A stretch of 64,000 nucleotides of DNA from the IMG/VR virus record IMGVR_UViG_2706795462_000001; one strand, written 5' to 3'. Below are positions 33,899-43,200 of this stretch, in pieces. This DNA is from a virus (lineage: Duplodnaviria; Heunggongvirae; Uroviricota; Caudoviricetes; Herelleviridae). Numbering within the stretch: the stretch's first letter is position 1; each line of letters begins with the position of its first letter. The translations under genes and the position numbers were made by a program. The notes under the pieces were generated by a model that saw only the letters and a list, made by a program, of their open reading frames with translations, searched no databases and was not told the origin of the DNA.

Positions 33899-34079
33899 AT
33901 TTATAATCCTCCATAAATTGAGGGAATTCACAATCTGAATATACTTCTCTGCAGAAAGATACTGAAATATAATTAAAATCAAAACATTTGAAACAGTGTT
34001 CTTGAACTTCTTTTTTGTCTTTAGCAATCACATTAAATTTAAAACCATCAGCTATTACTGTAAATACTCCTTTTTTCAT
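33888..34079 (-). CDS. hypothetical Cys-containing small protein
   Basis: 63-aa ORF upstream of and overlapping the RNase H start. Confidence 0.4.
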   Translation of the reverse strand: MKKGVFTVIADGFKFNVIAKDKKEVQEHCFKCFDFNYISVSFCREVYSDCEFPQFMEDYKYAG

Positions 34080-34101
34080 AAAACAAATACCTCCACTAAT
34101 T

Positions 34102-34743
34102 TTATTTTAAATTAATAACTAACTCAATAAACGATTTAATAGTTTTATTTTTACCTTCATCAATATCTGAAAAGAAATTAATTAAACTATCATCTTCATC
34201 AAATAAATCTTCAACATCATCAAATTTATTTAATATATCTGTAACACTATAACCTTCTTCTGATATATACTCATGCAAGTCTTCTCCATCCTCTGACAGA
34301 GTTGCTTCTATCTTACCATTCTTACTTTCAATTAAATACAAAGTATTTAATACTTTAATAGAATCTACTACTACACTGTAATTACTAATAGTAGGATACT
34401 CTGTATAAAGTATTTCCACATTAGTATTCATATAACTATCAATTACAGAATTAACTGTGTCCCTTTTTAATTCAGATACATTATGTTTTCGTATAGTAGG
34501 GAATTCTTCGTCATATTCTACTAATTCTTTTCTATCTGTATTCAATAATTTGTCTAAAGAAGATAATAATACTATTTTATATTGATTGTCCGGTAGACTA
34601 TCTGTAATTTCCATAATGGTTAAAAAAGTATCTTCACCTAAAACTTTATTTATATCTTGTAATTCAAATGAATCTACCATTTCAATAGTATCATCTATAT
34701 CATCTGTAGTCATTAAAAAATTAACTAAATTATTATTCTCCAT
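34102..34743 (-). CDS. acidic hypothetical protein
   Basis: 213 aa, D/E-rich. Confidence 0.55.
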   Translation of the reverse strand: MENNNLVNFLMTTDDIDDTIEMVDSFELQDINKVLGEDTFLTIMEITDSLPDNQYKIVLLSSLDKLLNTDRKELVEYDEEFPTIRKHNVSELKRDTVNSVIDSYMNTNVEILYTEYPTISNYSVVVDSIKVLNTLYLIESKNGKIEATLSEDGEDLHEYISEEGYSVTDILNKFDDVEDLFDEDDSLINFFSDIDEGKNKTIKSFIELVINLK

Positions 34744-34963
34744 CGTCTTCCTCCAATTCTTTAAATAGCTCTTTACCTGGAGTATTTAACGCCTTCTCTA
34801 ACCTCATTAAATTAGCACTTCTTGGTTTCTTTTTACCATACTCCCAATAAGATATAAGAGAATAATGGACTCCTATCTCAGAAGCTAGGCTTCTTAATGT
34901 ATGTCCTTTTTCTACTCTAATTTTTTGAAGATTTAGAGGTTTACTTTCCTTTTTTTCATCCAT
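34733..34963 (-). CDS. XRE-family helix-turn-helix transcriptional regulator
   Basis: ..LRSLASEIGVHYSLISYWEYGKKKPRSANLMRLEKAL.. is a canonical HTH_XRE. Confidence 0.75.
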   Translation of the reverse strand: MDEKKESKPLNLQKIRVEKGHTLRSLASEIGVHYSLISYWEYGKKKPRSANLMRLEKALNTPGKELFKELEEDDGE

Positions 34964-34965
34964 AA

Positions 34966-35193
34966 CTATTTCTCCTCTACTTTTAAAAATTTAAAATCCT
35001 CAGATGCTTTTGCATTTTTTAGTATATACTCTTGTGATTTATTTCTTGCCTCTGCTTTACTTTTAGCATATAACTCTATATGAAATACATGAGGTTTTTT
35101 TAAAGATGGTGATTCATATCTCCAATAAACTTTAAAAAGTAGTGTTTCTTTTTTTAGAACATTAATTCTAAACCATCTTTTAAATTTATTCAT
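34966..35193 (-). CDS. hypothetical protein
   Basis: 75-aa basic ORF. Confidence 0.45.
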   Translation of the reverse strand: MNKFKRWFRINVLKKETLLFKVYWRYESPSLKKPHVFHIELYAKSKAEARNKSQEYILKNAKASEDFKFLKVEEK

Positions 35194-35265
35194 TCATTAT
35201 CCTCCTTTATTTATTTGTTAAACTAATTATAGCATAGTTAACTTATGAAGTCAACTATAATATAC

Positions 35266-35295
35266 AAAAAAGACTAAGAAATTAATCTTAGTCTT
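35266..35295 (-). terminator. rho-independent terminator (minus strand) after the transglycosylase
   Basis: AAGACTAAGA-aattaa-TCTTAGTCTT, T-run on the minus strand. Confidence 0.6.
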
Positions 35296-35301
35296 AATAT
35301 A

Positions 35302-35993
35302 TTAATAACTATTATGTGCGTTGTGGTATGCAAGAGCTCCTGATGTTGAACCGTAACGGTCAATCATATATTGTTTTGCACCTTTAGTTTGTTCTGCTAT
35401 AGAACCCCCACTCCATGATTTACCTAATCCTTGGAATAGTCCTTGAGCTCCTGATGATGCATTAACGGCATTAGGATTCAGTGTAGATTCACGCATAGCA
35501 ATTTCAATCATTGCCTCGTCTCCACCTGCTTGTCTAATTTGTTCTGCTACAGAACCTCCTGTAGAACTAGTTGATTGTGTAGGTTGTTTAGTTTCTTTTT
35601 GACTGGTGCTGATGTTGGTTGTACTTCTTTTTTAGTATCTTGTTTATTTTGAGTATCAAATTGCGCTTGTTGTTGGTCTACTTTTTGTTCAGGTGTTTGT
35701 TCTTCTCCTGCTAATCTAGATACTGTATTATCTACTTGAGTTGAACCTGAGTGATATTCGTATCCAAAATTACCATTATAATTATAGAAATGATAAGTAA
35801 ATTCTCCGTCACTGAATGAGAAATCATAGTTACCTTCTTGAATTGGTTTTGTATTTACTTCTACTGAATTTGATTTAGCTTGTTCTGCTAACTTATTATA
35901 ATCAATTTCGTCTGCACTAGCTTCGTTTGTAGCAATACCTCCAAAAGTAATAGCCGTACCTAATGCTAATGTTGCAAAAATTGTTTTCTTCAT
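35302..35993 (-). CDS. secreted transglycosylase (IsaA/SceD-like SLT domain), interrupted by 1-nt frameshift in T5 run 35596-35600
   Basis: N-part has a signal peptide (MKKTIFATLALGTAITFGGIA..). After ..PTSAP, the alternate frame reads TSQKETKQPTQSTSSTGGSVAEQIRQAGGDEAMIEIAMRESTLNPNAVNASSGAQGLFQ.., an SLT/transglycosylase domain; one more A in the poly-A restores a single ORF. Confidence 0.6.
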
Positions 35994-36189
35994 AAATTTA
36001 AAACTCCTTAAATAATTTTTTAGAATTGTTTATTTGTAAATCGACATAAGTAATCATAACATATATCTTTAAATAACGCAAGTATAATATAGCACTAATT
36101 AGTGTAATATTATTAAAGTTTTATTACAAACATTACAGTTATCAGATAATTAAAGACAAAAAAAGAGAGGTATTAACCTCCCTAATTTA

Positions 36190-36984
36190 TTATTTCCCTG
36201 TTACGTCTACGATAGTTCCGTCTCCGCCAATTTGAATAGGTTGTTTACCATCCCATTTTTCAATTAACTGTTGACGTAATATCTTATCAGATAAAGAAGA
36301 TTCTCTAATCTCATTGGCTTTTTTATCACCATTAGCTTCTACTTCTTTTTTCTTAGCATTTTGTTCAGCAATTTGTTTATCAACTTTAGTACGTTCTAAC
36401 TCTTGGTTAGCTTTAACACGGCTGTCAATTGCTTTTTGAGTATTCTTATCTGCTTTAGGGCTAGATAATGCAATGTCCTCAATTACAAATCCTTGTTTTT
36501 CTAAGTTATCATTTAAGCTATCTAAAGTATCTTTTTTAATTTCTCCTGTCTTAACACCAAATGCATCAATTACAGAATACTTAGATACTGCTTGACGGAC
36601 ATTATCTTGTACACGTGAACGTAAGTATCCTTTTTCTAGTTCTTCAATATCAGCACTACCAAAACGATTAAATAAATCTACAGCTTTAGTTGCATCTACT
36701 TTATAAGATACATCAATATCCATTTGTAAATTTTTGCCGTCTGAAGTTGCTACATTTAAATCTTTATATTTATGTGTTTGTGTTTTAGTTGGATATTTAT
36801 TTACCTTATCAAAAGGTGCTGTTAAGTGCCAACCAGGTGATTTAGTATCTTCCTTAACACCATTTACTGAGTATACAACTCCAACATGACCTTGTGGAAT
36901 CTTTGTAATACACATTAATAAAATAATAAATCCTATAATTGCTAAAAACCCTAATACTCCTGAAATAACTACTGACTTTCTCAT
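36190..36984 (-). CDS. SPFH / band-7 (prohibitin-HflK-like) membrane protein
   Basis: N-terminal TM helix then ..QGHVGVVYSVNG..GWHLTAPF..QMDIDVSYKV..SKYSVIDAF.., an SPFH core, plus coiled-coil tail. Confidence 0.65.
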   Translation of the reverse strand: MRKSVVISGVLGFLAIIGFIILLMCITKIPQGHVGVVYSVNGVKEDTKSPGWHLTAPFDKVNKYPTKTQTHKYKDLNVATSDGKNLQMDIDVSYKVDATKAVDLFNRFGSADIEELEKGYLRSRVQDNVRQAVSKYSVIDAFGVKTGEIKKDTLDSLNDNLEKQGFVIEDIALSSPKADKNTQKAIDSRVKANQELERTKVDKQIAEQNAKKKEVEANGDKKANEIRESSLSDKILRQQLIEKWDGKQPIQIGGDGTIVDVTGK

Positions 36985-37292
36985 TACATTTCTCCTTTTT
37001 CTATTTCTTTTATTAAGCTATTTAAAGCTTTTTCCTCTTGGTCTATTTCTTGCTTATCGGCTCTAGTTACAATTGATTGTCTGCGGTCGTTTAAGAATTG
37101 TTTTTTATACTTTACATATTGTTCTAAACCGTATTCATCTAATGTACCTTGCCTAACTAATTCCCTGTATTGTTTTCTTATGTTACTTTTCTTTTCTTTC
37201 ATTGAAAGAAAATCGAATACATAACTTATACCAAAACCTACAAGGACTAGAAAAACAATAAAAATAGCAAAGTATGTTAAAAATAATGCCAT
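36984..37292 (-). CDS. small membrane protein with coiled-coil tail, coupled to the SPFH gene
   Basis: 102 aa; N-terminal TM helix; stop overlaps the SPFH start. Confidence 0.5.
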   Translation of the reverse strand: MALFLTYFAIFIVFLVLVGFGISYVFDFLSMKEKKSNIRKQYRELVRQGTLDEYGLEQYVKYKKQFLNDRRQSIVTRADKQEIDQEEKALNSLIKEIEKGEM

Positions 37293-37363
37293 GTAATTCC
37301 TCCTTTATTTGATTACATATATAACTATACACTATGTATTTAATTTTGTCAACACTTTTTTGC

Positions 37364-37392
37364 AAAAAAATAGACGGATTTTAAATCCGTCT
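37364..37392 (-). terminator. rho-independent terminator (minus strand) after the endolysin
   Basis: AGACGGATT-tta-AATCCGTCT, T7 on the minus strand. Confidence 0.65.
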
Positions 37393-37403
37393 AAATTTCT
37401 ATT

Positions 37404-38890
37404 CTATTTGAATACTCCCCAAGCAACCCCAGGTATATGATTAGGTGGAACTCCTTGACAAGTTCTAACAGGGCAATATACTCTGTTACCATTGTAAGCA
37501 TTGTAACCTATCCAAATGTGACCTGCTTGGATACAAACTTCGTCATATACAATTGTAGCTCCTGCCGGTAAGTTACCTCCTACTGGAGCATTTAAGAATG
37601 GAGAACCTATTCTAGTTACTATAGGTTGGTTACCATTAACAAATGTTGCATTTTCCGGTTTGTACCAAGTTCCGTACTGGTTCTTTTTCCAAGAGCCTGT
37701 TACTGGTCTAGTTGCCGGTGTACTTGCGCTACTTGTTTTACCGTCTTTAACTACTGTAGAACTTGAAGTTCCTTTATCCATGTAGTTTTTAATTTGTTTA
37801 ATGAAATAATCTTTTAGTTTATTCATTATTGCTTGAGATGGTCTTCCTTGTGTTACTGGATTAAATCCTGTATGAAGAACCATAGAACGATGAGGACAAG
37901 CTGTTGGAACAAATTCCATATGCAATCTTACAGTTTTACGATTAGGAGTAAGACCCCATTCTTTAAATTTCTCTGCAGTAAATTGGAATACTGCTTGTTC
38001 GTTTTTAAGGAATTGAGCATCACTAGCACTCATTGATTGACAGACTTCAATACCTGCAAATCTAAAGTTACCTGAGTTTGCTCCTGTTCCATCTCCTGTG
38101 TGCCAAGCAATTTGATTCTTAGCATCTATTGCTTCCCATACATAACCTTCAGAGCCATAGTAATGAGCAATACCATTAGCATATCTAGCATAACCTGCGT
38201 TAGCTAATGAATTCTCGTATTGTTGCCCTGAAGAACGACCTGCATCGTTGTGTATTACCATTCCTTCAGGTTTCTTACCACGTTTATCCATTGTATAGTT
38301 AATATGGTTCTTAGAAACTTTTAGTGTTGCTTTCTTTTTAGGTGCAGGTGTTTTACTTGCACTTTTCTTAGCTGTTTCTTTTTTAACAGTAGTTCCTGCT
38401 TTTACAGGTATCTCAATAAAATGAGTTAATCCGTAATAATTATCTACACGTTTTGTAGGTTTTTTATTAGCGTAACCGTTCCAGTTTTGCTCTAAAATAG
38501 TAAATGTAGAAGTATTACCTCCATCATATACAATACCTATGTGACCCCATTGCTGATAACTACCGGATGTAAATACAGCAATCCACCCTTTTTAGGTACT
38601 GTAGAAGGTTTATTTTCATGTATTTTAAATCCAGTACCATAACTTTGTTTGATTTGGTCTTTAGCATTACCCCAAGTTCTAACTTTATTATCTGTTAACC
38701 ATAATACATAATCAGTAATTAAGTCTTGGCACTGTGCATGATAGTAACCATCTGCGTCAATTGCTCCTGCTTCCATTACACCAAACGATGGGTCATAGCT
38801 TGTAGCTTTTTTAATTCTATAAGGACTGTCTACTGTACCTTTTGCATAAGCGTCTAAACGTTTATTTATTTCTGCTTGAGTCTTAGCCAT
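37404..38890 (-). CDS. lysK: endolysin LysK-type (CHAP + amidase_2 + SH3b), intron-less, interrupted by 1-nt deletion near 38585
   Basis: ORF 38537..38890 is the CHAP N-terminus ([25 protein letters not shown]..) ending ..PKKGG. The intervening 38292-38590 translates in the frame of ORF 37404..38291 as [75 protein letters not shown] recall phage K LysK as ..PKKGWIAVF.., so GGTTGG appears as GGTGG here. Confidence 0.85.
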
Positions 38891-39393
38891 TACTTAACTT
38901 CCTCCTCTGCAAATACTTTACCGTGTTCCTCGGTATCTTCTTCATCTTGAGAAGGTGCTGAACCACCATCAATTTCATCTTCAATAGCAGGTACTTCATC
39001 ACTATCATCTGTATCAGGTTCTGCATTGTTTTCGTAGTTGTCTAATTCGAAAGTGCTAGCTGTGTTTGCATTTGCTTGCCATTGAACAAATTCATTAGGG
39101 TCTTTACTATCACGAGGTTTTATATAATCTGTTTGAACAATATCACTATCTTTAAGACCTTTAGTATTGTTATCAACAATAATACCTAAACCTGCTAATA
39201 ATGTTAATATAGAACCTATGATATTTACACCTTGCTCAATTTGAGCTGAGTAATCTAAACCAAAAGCACCTGTAATTTGATTAGCAAATACTGCTACTGC
39301 TGATATAATTGCTACCCAAAATGTTTTACTCTTAGTTCTTGTGCTAAGGTTTATTCCTCCAACAACTTTAGGTTGTTTAGTTTCATTAGCCAT
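38890..39393 (-). CDS. holin
   Basis: 167 aa; hydrophobic segments then acidic tail; immediately upstream of the lysin; matches my recollection of the phage K holin ([36 protein letters not shown]..). Confidence 0.8.
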
Positions 39394-39477
39394 TAAAAAA
39401 CCGACCTTTCTATTATATTTATTTCTAACAATAATATAACAGTAGGTCGGTCATGTTTATCTATATTAATTTAACAC

Positions 39478-39663
39478 TTACTCATTAATTTGATTTAGTT
39501 TTTTGATAACTTCAGACATTTGTTTGTTATCTAAATCTTCTAATTTAGTTTCAGGTAATAACTCTAATTTATCCCAAACTTCTTCTTTATTAGATACTTT
39601 ATTATTAATAATTGCCTTACCAACTAAACTTTCCGTATAATATAATTGCTTTGCTGATGCCAT
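39478..39663 (-). CDS. hypothetical small protein
   Basis: 61-aa ORF; terminator-like hairpin 39404-39455 downstream. Confidence 0.4.
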   Translation of the reverse strand: MASAKQLYYTESLVGKAIINNKVSNKEEVWDKLELLPETKLEDLDNKQMSEVIKKLNQINE

Positions 39664-39864
39664 TTGTATCTCTCCTTTTAAATATGTAAAGTATATAGCT
39701 AGTATCGTATCCTAGGAACAAACACTTGCGCTATATACTCAATGAAACTCTACCCTCATTCGAGGACACAGCAAACCGATTCGTCAACCGCACATGTGAA
39801 TTCTCAAGTTTCATTTATGTAACACACCCTCTTTGATTTGCACAAAGACTAAGGGTGTTTATTA

Positions 39865-39937
39865 TGGTTTCTATTGGATTTGAACCAATGACACCTAGAG
39901 CTTCAATCTAGTGCTCTACCATCTGAGCTAAGAAACC
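39865..39937 (-). tRNA. tRNA-Phe (GAA)
   Basis: Hand-folded: GGTTTCT acceptor, D-arm GCTC-AGATGGTA-GAGC, anticodon arm CTAGA-TTGAAGC-TCTAG, T-arm CATTGG-TTCAAAT-CCAAT; 73 nt. Confidence 0.8.
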
Positions 39938-39943
39938 TTGTAA

Positions 39944-40017
39944 CGACTCATACGAGACTCGAACTCGTACTCTCTGCCGTGACAGGGCAGTGTGTTAACC
40001 AGTTACACCAATGAGCC
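39944..40017 (-). tRNA. tRNA-Asp (GTC)
   Basis: Hand-folded: GGCTCAT/ATGAGTC acceptor, D-stem GTGT/ACAC, anticodon arm CTGCC-CTGTCAC-GGCAG, T-arm ACGAG-TTCGAGT-CTCGT; 74 nt. Confidence 0.8.
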
Positions 40018-40174
40018 AAAATAAATGCTATACCCTAACCTTACCTTAATGTATAGCAGGTTTTCATATAAGCTCGAAGCAACGATTATTACCACTCATA
40101 ACAACTATATATTAAGTGAAAGGAGGTGAAATGAACAAAACGTGGTAATTGGTACTTATATAGGAAGTATGTAT

Positions 40175-40266
40175 AATCTACAAGGAGTAAGTTATTGGTT
40201 CATAAAGGAGTGTGAACAATAAATACATGAAAGAGTGAAAGTCTACTCCTTGTAGATTCTTTTTTA
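40175..40266 (+). repeat. Perfect 15-bp inverted repeat (AATCTACAAGGAGTA / TACTCCTTGTAGATT) with 54-nt loop, followed by T7
   Basis: Arms 40175-40189 and 40244-40258. Confidence 0.8.
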
Positions 40267-41168
40267 ATTATCAATCAAAGGAGGAAACTGATAATTGTTA
40301 ATAATAAACTATAAAGAGGAAAATATTTATAGTCACATTCTGATATAATGCAACTAAATATCCAAGCATAACCCGTCTCACGAGGAACCTACCTATAAGA
40401 CCTGTTATTAAGTGAATCACTACGATTGACTCTATTAAGGAGCTACCTTAAGTCCATCTCACGCAACTTAAAAGGGACTTACAAACCGTATAACGGCAGT
40501 AAGTTTATTAAATAATGTGATATTAACATATTAGTTAATAACTTTCACATGGTCGAAGAAAAGTAAATTTATTTGATTTCCAAATTATTTTTATCAAATA
40601 TAGCTTCTTTTGAACCTGTAGATTTATGCTACTCATACTGATAACCTCTATTATCTAACACATTTCTGTGCTCCAACTACAGTTAGTCGTTACAGCGTAT
40701 CTTTCTAGGATTCCGCTAAGACCCTAGAAAGAAATTAAACCCTAGCCGTTATCATACTCTACAGACCTTATAAGTAAGTACCAAGTATACCAATCGTATT
40801 TAACAATACTAATGACGACCCATCCTACCGATATATTTCCGATAGGTTTTGATTCGTTTGATTATCTTGTACCTTATGACTACCAAATCATTATTCAGTC
40901 ACTATGCTCAGATATTTAGTTGTATTATTATATATTAATTATAACATAATTTTTAGTACTTGTCAAGTTAATTTTAAAAAAATTATAGAAGTAAGATAAA
41001 ATTCTTACTTCCAATTAAAATTATAAGGATGATACACATTGTTATTGTTTAAACTGGAAAACAATGTAAGAAAAAACAGTGATGTGTAAGGTATTTGTTT
41101 TATTGTTAATTACATTATAGCATATACTGATACCTTTGTCAAGTTAATTTAATACTTTTTTTAAAATA

Positions 41169-41387
41169 TTAGTTATCTTTTGTTAGTTCTTCCTGAATAG
41201 CATCCCATCTTCTTTCTGCTTCACTACGATTATCTTCTATATGTTTTGTAGTTTTACAACATTTGATACAGTATATATCTTTGATATGACCTTCTTCTCT
41301 TTTATTTGCTCTTTTTCTTGGTACTTTGAATACATTACCACATTCTTTACATATTAAACTTGAGTAAAACATTTTTTGTCTTTTCAT
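41169..41387 (-). CDS. zinc-ribbon small protein
   Basis: CKECG..(38)..CIKCC four-Cys arrangement; 72 aa basic. Confidence 0.5.
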   Translation of the reverse strand: MKRQKMFYSSLICKECGNVFKVPRKRANKREEGHIKDIYCIKCCKTTKHIEDNRSEAERRWDAIQEELTKDN

Positions 41388-41487
41388 AATTAATCAATTC
41401 CTTTTCTTGTTTTATTTGATAATTTAACTATATACTATATTGATAAATAAGTCAACAGTTTTCTAAAAATAATTTAAATTATTTTGA

Positions 41488-41812
41488 AGAATCCTTTAAT
41501 ACCAAGGGTTACAAGAGAAAAAGTACGTATTTAGAAAATAAGGAGTACTCCTATTATATATAATTATATTCTGATATAAGTAATTAATAATATTAAATAT
41601 ATAATTATAATTAATAAGGTTGGGAAAATTGAATTAAATATAATCTGATACTCGGTAAAACTACTCAATATAGAAGTAAAATCCTTTAGTATCAGTACTT
41701 ACAGACAAAAAAGTACGTATTTAGAAAATAAGGAACTCTCCTATTATAGTTATATATACTTATTAATTATTATTAATTACTATCTAAATATATAATTATA
41801 ATTAATAAGGTT
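41488..41812 (+). repeat. Two tandem copies of a roughly 125-bp unit with 190-192-bp period
   Basis: AATCCTTTA-TA..AAAAGTACGTATTTAGAAAATAAGGA..TAAATATATAATTATAATTAATAAGGTT at 41488-41632 and 41680-41812. Confidence 0.8.
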
Positions 41813-41867
41813 AGAGAGTCAACAAAAAGACAAATAAAAAAGTGACTACTTAAAGTCACTTGTTAAT

Positions 41868-42077
41868 TTAAAAAACTATTTTAAATGATTCAATCATTCT
41901 TGGGTTAATATAAATTAAACTAGAACTAGCATCTTCAGTTGTATTAACTTTTATTGATGCTGAATCAGAACCACTAATCATATAGTCTATATCTTTTCTA
42001 GTGTAACCCTTTTCGTCAGATGATACTAAAAAATATTTAGCACCACTTAACATTGTTATTTCAATATGTTTTGACAT
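41868..42077 (-). CDS. hypothetical protein
   Basis: 69-aa ORF. Confidence 0.45.
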   Translation of the reverse strand: MSKHIEITMLSGAKYFLVSSDEKGYTRKDIDYMISGSDSASIKVNTTEDASSSLIYINPRMIESFKIVF

Positions 42078-42089
42078 CTACAATCTCTC

Positions 42090-42422
42090 CTATGCAAATT
42101 TGTTAAAGACAAAGGATAGTATAGCACCTAGAACGAGTAAAAGAACCTTCTCAGTAGTATCCTTCTTCCTAGTATCTTTAGTTTTTGTACTTTCAGCAAG
42201 TTCTGAAATCTTTTCATCAAGTCTTTCTAATTGGACGTAAATTGCTGATTGTTTTTCACTATTGACAGCTACATCTTTATCTATACTAACTATCATTTTT
42301 CTTAGTTCAGCTACCTCAACTTCTAAATCTTTGAAAGTTCCTCTATCTATATAATTACCTTCTTGTATCTTAGACTTAATAGTTTCTACTTGAGAAACAA
42401 GGTTGTTTATCTCCTTATCCAA
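42090..42422 (-). CDS. coiled-coil protein with C-terminal TM anchor
   Basis: 110 aa; heptad-rich region then hydrophobic C-terminus. Confidence 0.5.
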   Translation of the reverse strand: MDKEINNLVSQVETIKSKIQEGNYIDRGTFKDLEVEVAELRKMIVSIDKDVAVNSEKQSAIYVQLERLDEKISELAESTKTKDTRKKDTTEKVLLLVLGAILSFVFNKFA

Positions 42423-42434
42423 CTAGAATCACCT

Positions 42435-42761
42435 CTAAGGTCTAACCGTTTCAGATTCAGAATGGATATCATAATTTTCTAAGAAATCATTGATAATCTC
42501 CATATAATTATCCGTAACGACTTTTCCGTAAGATGTTTTTGTATCAATTTCAAACCTAAGCTTACCAAAACTTTGGAGGTCTAATTCTTTTATTACAATA
42601 TTAGGGTCATCAGAAGGAAGGTAATAATAGTCGAAGTATATAATTGAGCCATTTATTAATACTCTGTCTATTCTATAGACGTGGAAATAGCGTCTGTCTC
42701 TTTTAAAATGGGCTAGTGCATCTTTAAACTCTAACTTAAGGATATCCTTATATTTAGTCAA
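42435..42761 (-). CDS. hypothetical protein
   Basis: 108-aa ORF. Confidence 0.5.
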   Translation of the reverse strand: MTKYKDILKLEFKDALAHFKRDRRYFHVYRIDRVLINGSIIYFDYYYLPSDDPNIVIKELDLQSFGKLRFEIDTKTSYGKVVTDNYMEIINDFLENYDIHSESETVRP

Positions 42762-42793
42762 AGTGGTAACCTCCTTACTATTAATTTTTAAAT

Positions 42794-43060
42794 TTACTTA
42801 TTTTGTGGTATAATAGTTATGATAAAGGCAGTTATTATAATTATATTAAGAATAATGATAATAATTATTTTTTCTGAGAAAATAAGCCAAATACTAAAAA
42901 CAGATAAAGCATAGATAGCTGATAGATATACTATATTAAGAGTTACCTTACTTTTATCTTCTTTATAGATAGAATAACCTAAAGACGTTGTAACACCACT
43001 AAGTATAAAATAATAGAAACAAAAAAGAGGTATAGACAGAAAAAAAGATACGATAATCAT
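42794..43060 (-). CDS. small integral membrane protein
   Basis: 88 aa, three hydrophobic helices; first gene of the leftward transcript from divergent region 43061-43200. Confidence 0.5.
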   Translation of the reverse strand: MIIVSFFLSIPLFCFYYFILSGVTTSLGYSIYKEDKSKVTLNIVYLSAIYALSVFSIWLIFSEKIIIIIILNIIIITAFIITIIPQNK

Positions 43061-43200
43061 TGTTAAACACCTATTTCTTTTTGACCTATTATTTATAGAA
43101 CTTTTAGATTACACCACTAATATAACATTAAAAGCCAGTCATAAAAGTCAATTGTTAGATTAATAATATAATAAAAAAAGACAATAGGAGGTTAAAGTGG

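Noticed and set aside
37404-38890. Possible group I intron interrupting the endolysin (as reported for phage K lysK)
   Set aside because: CHAP and amidase coding parts abut directly. The only discontinuity is a single missing base near 38585, and there is no intervening sequence or intron-encoded ORF.
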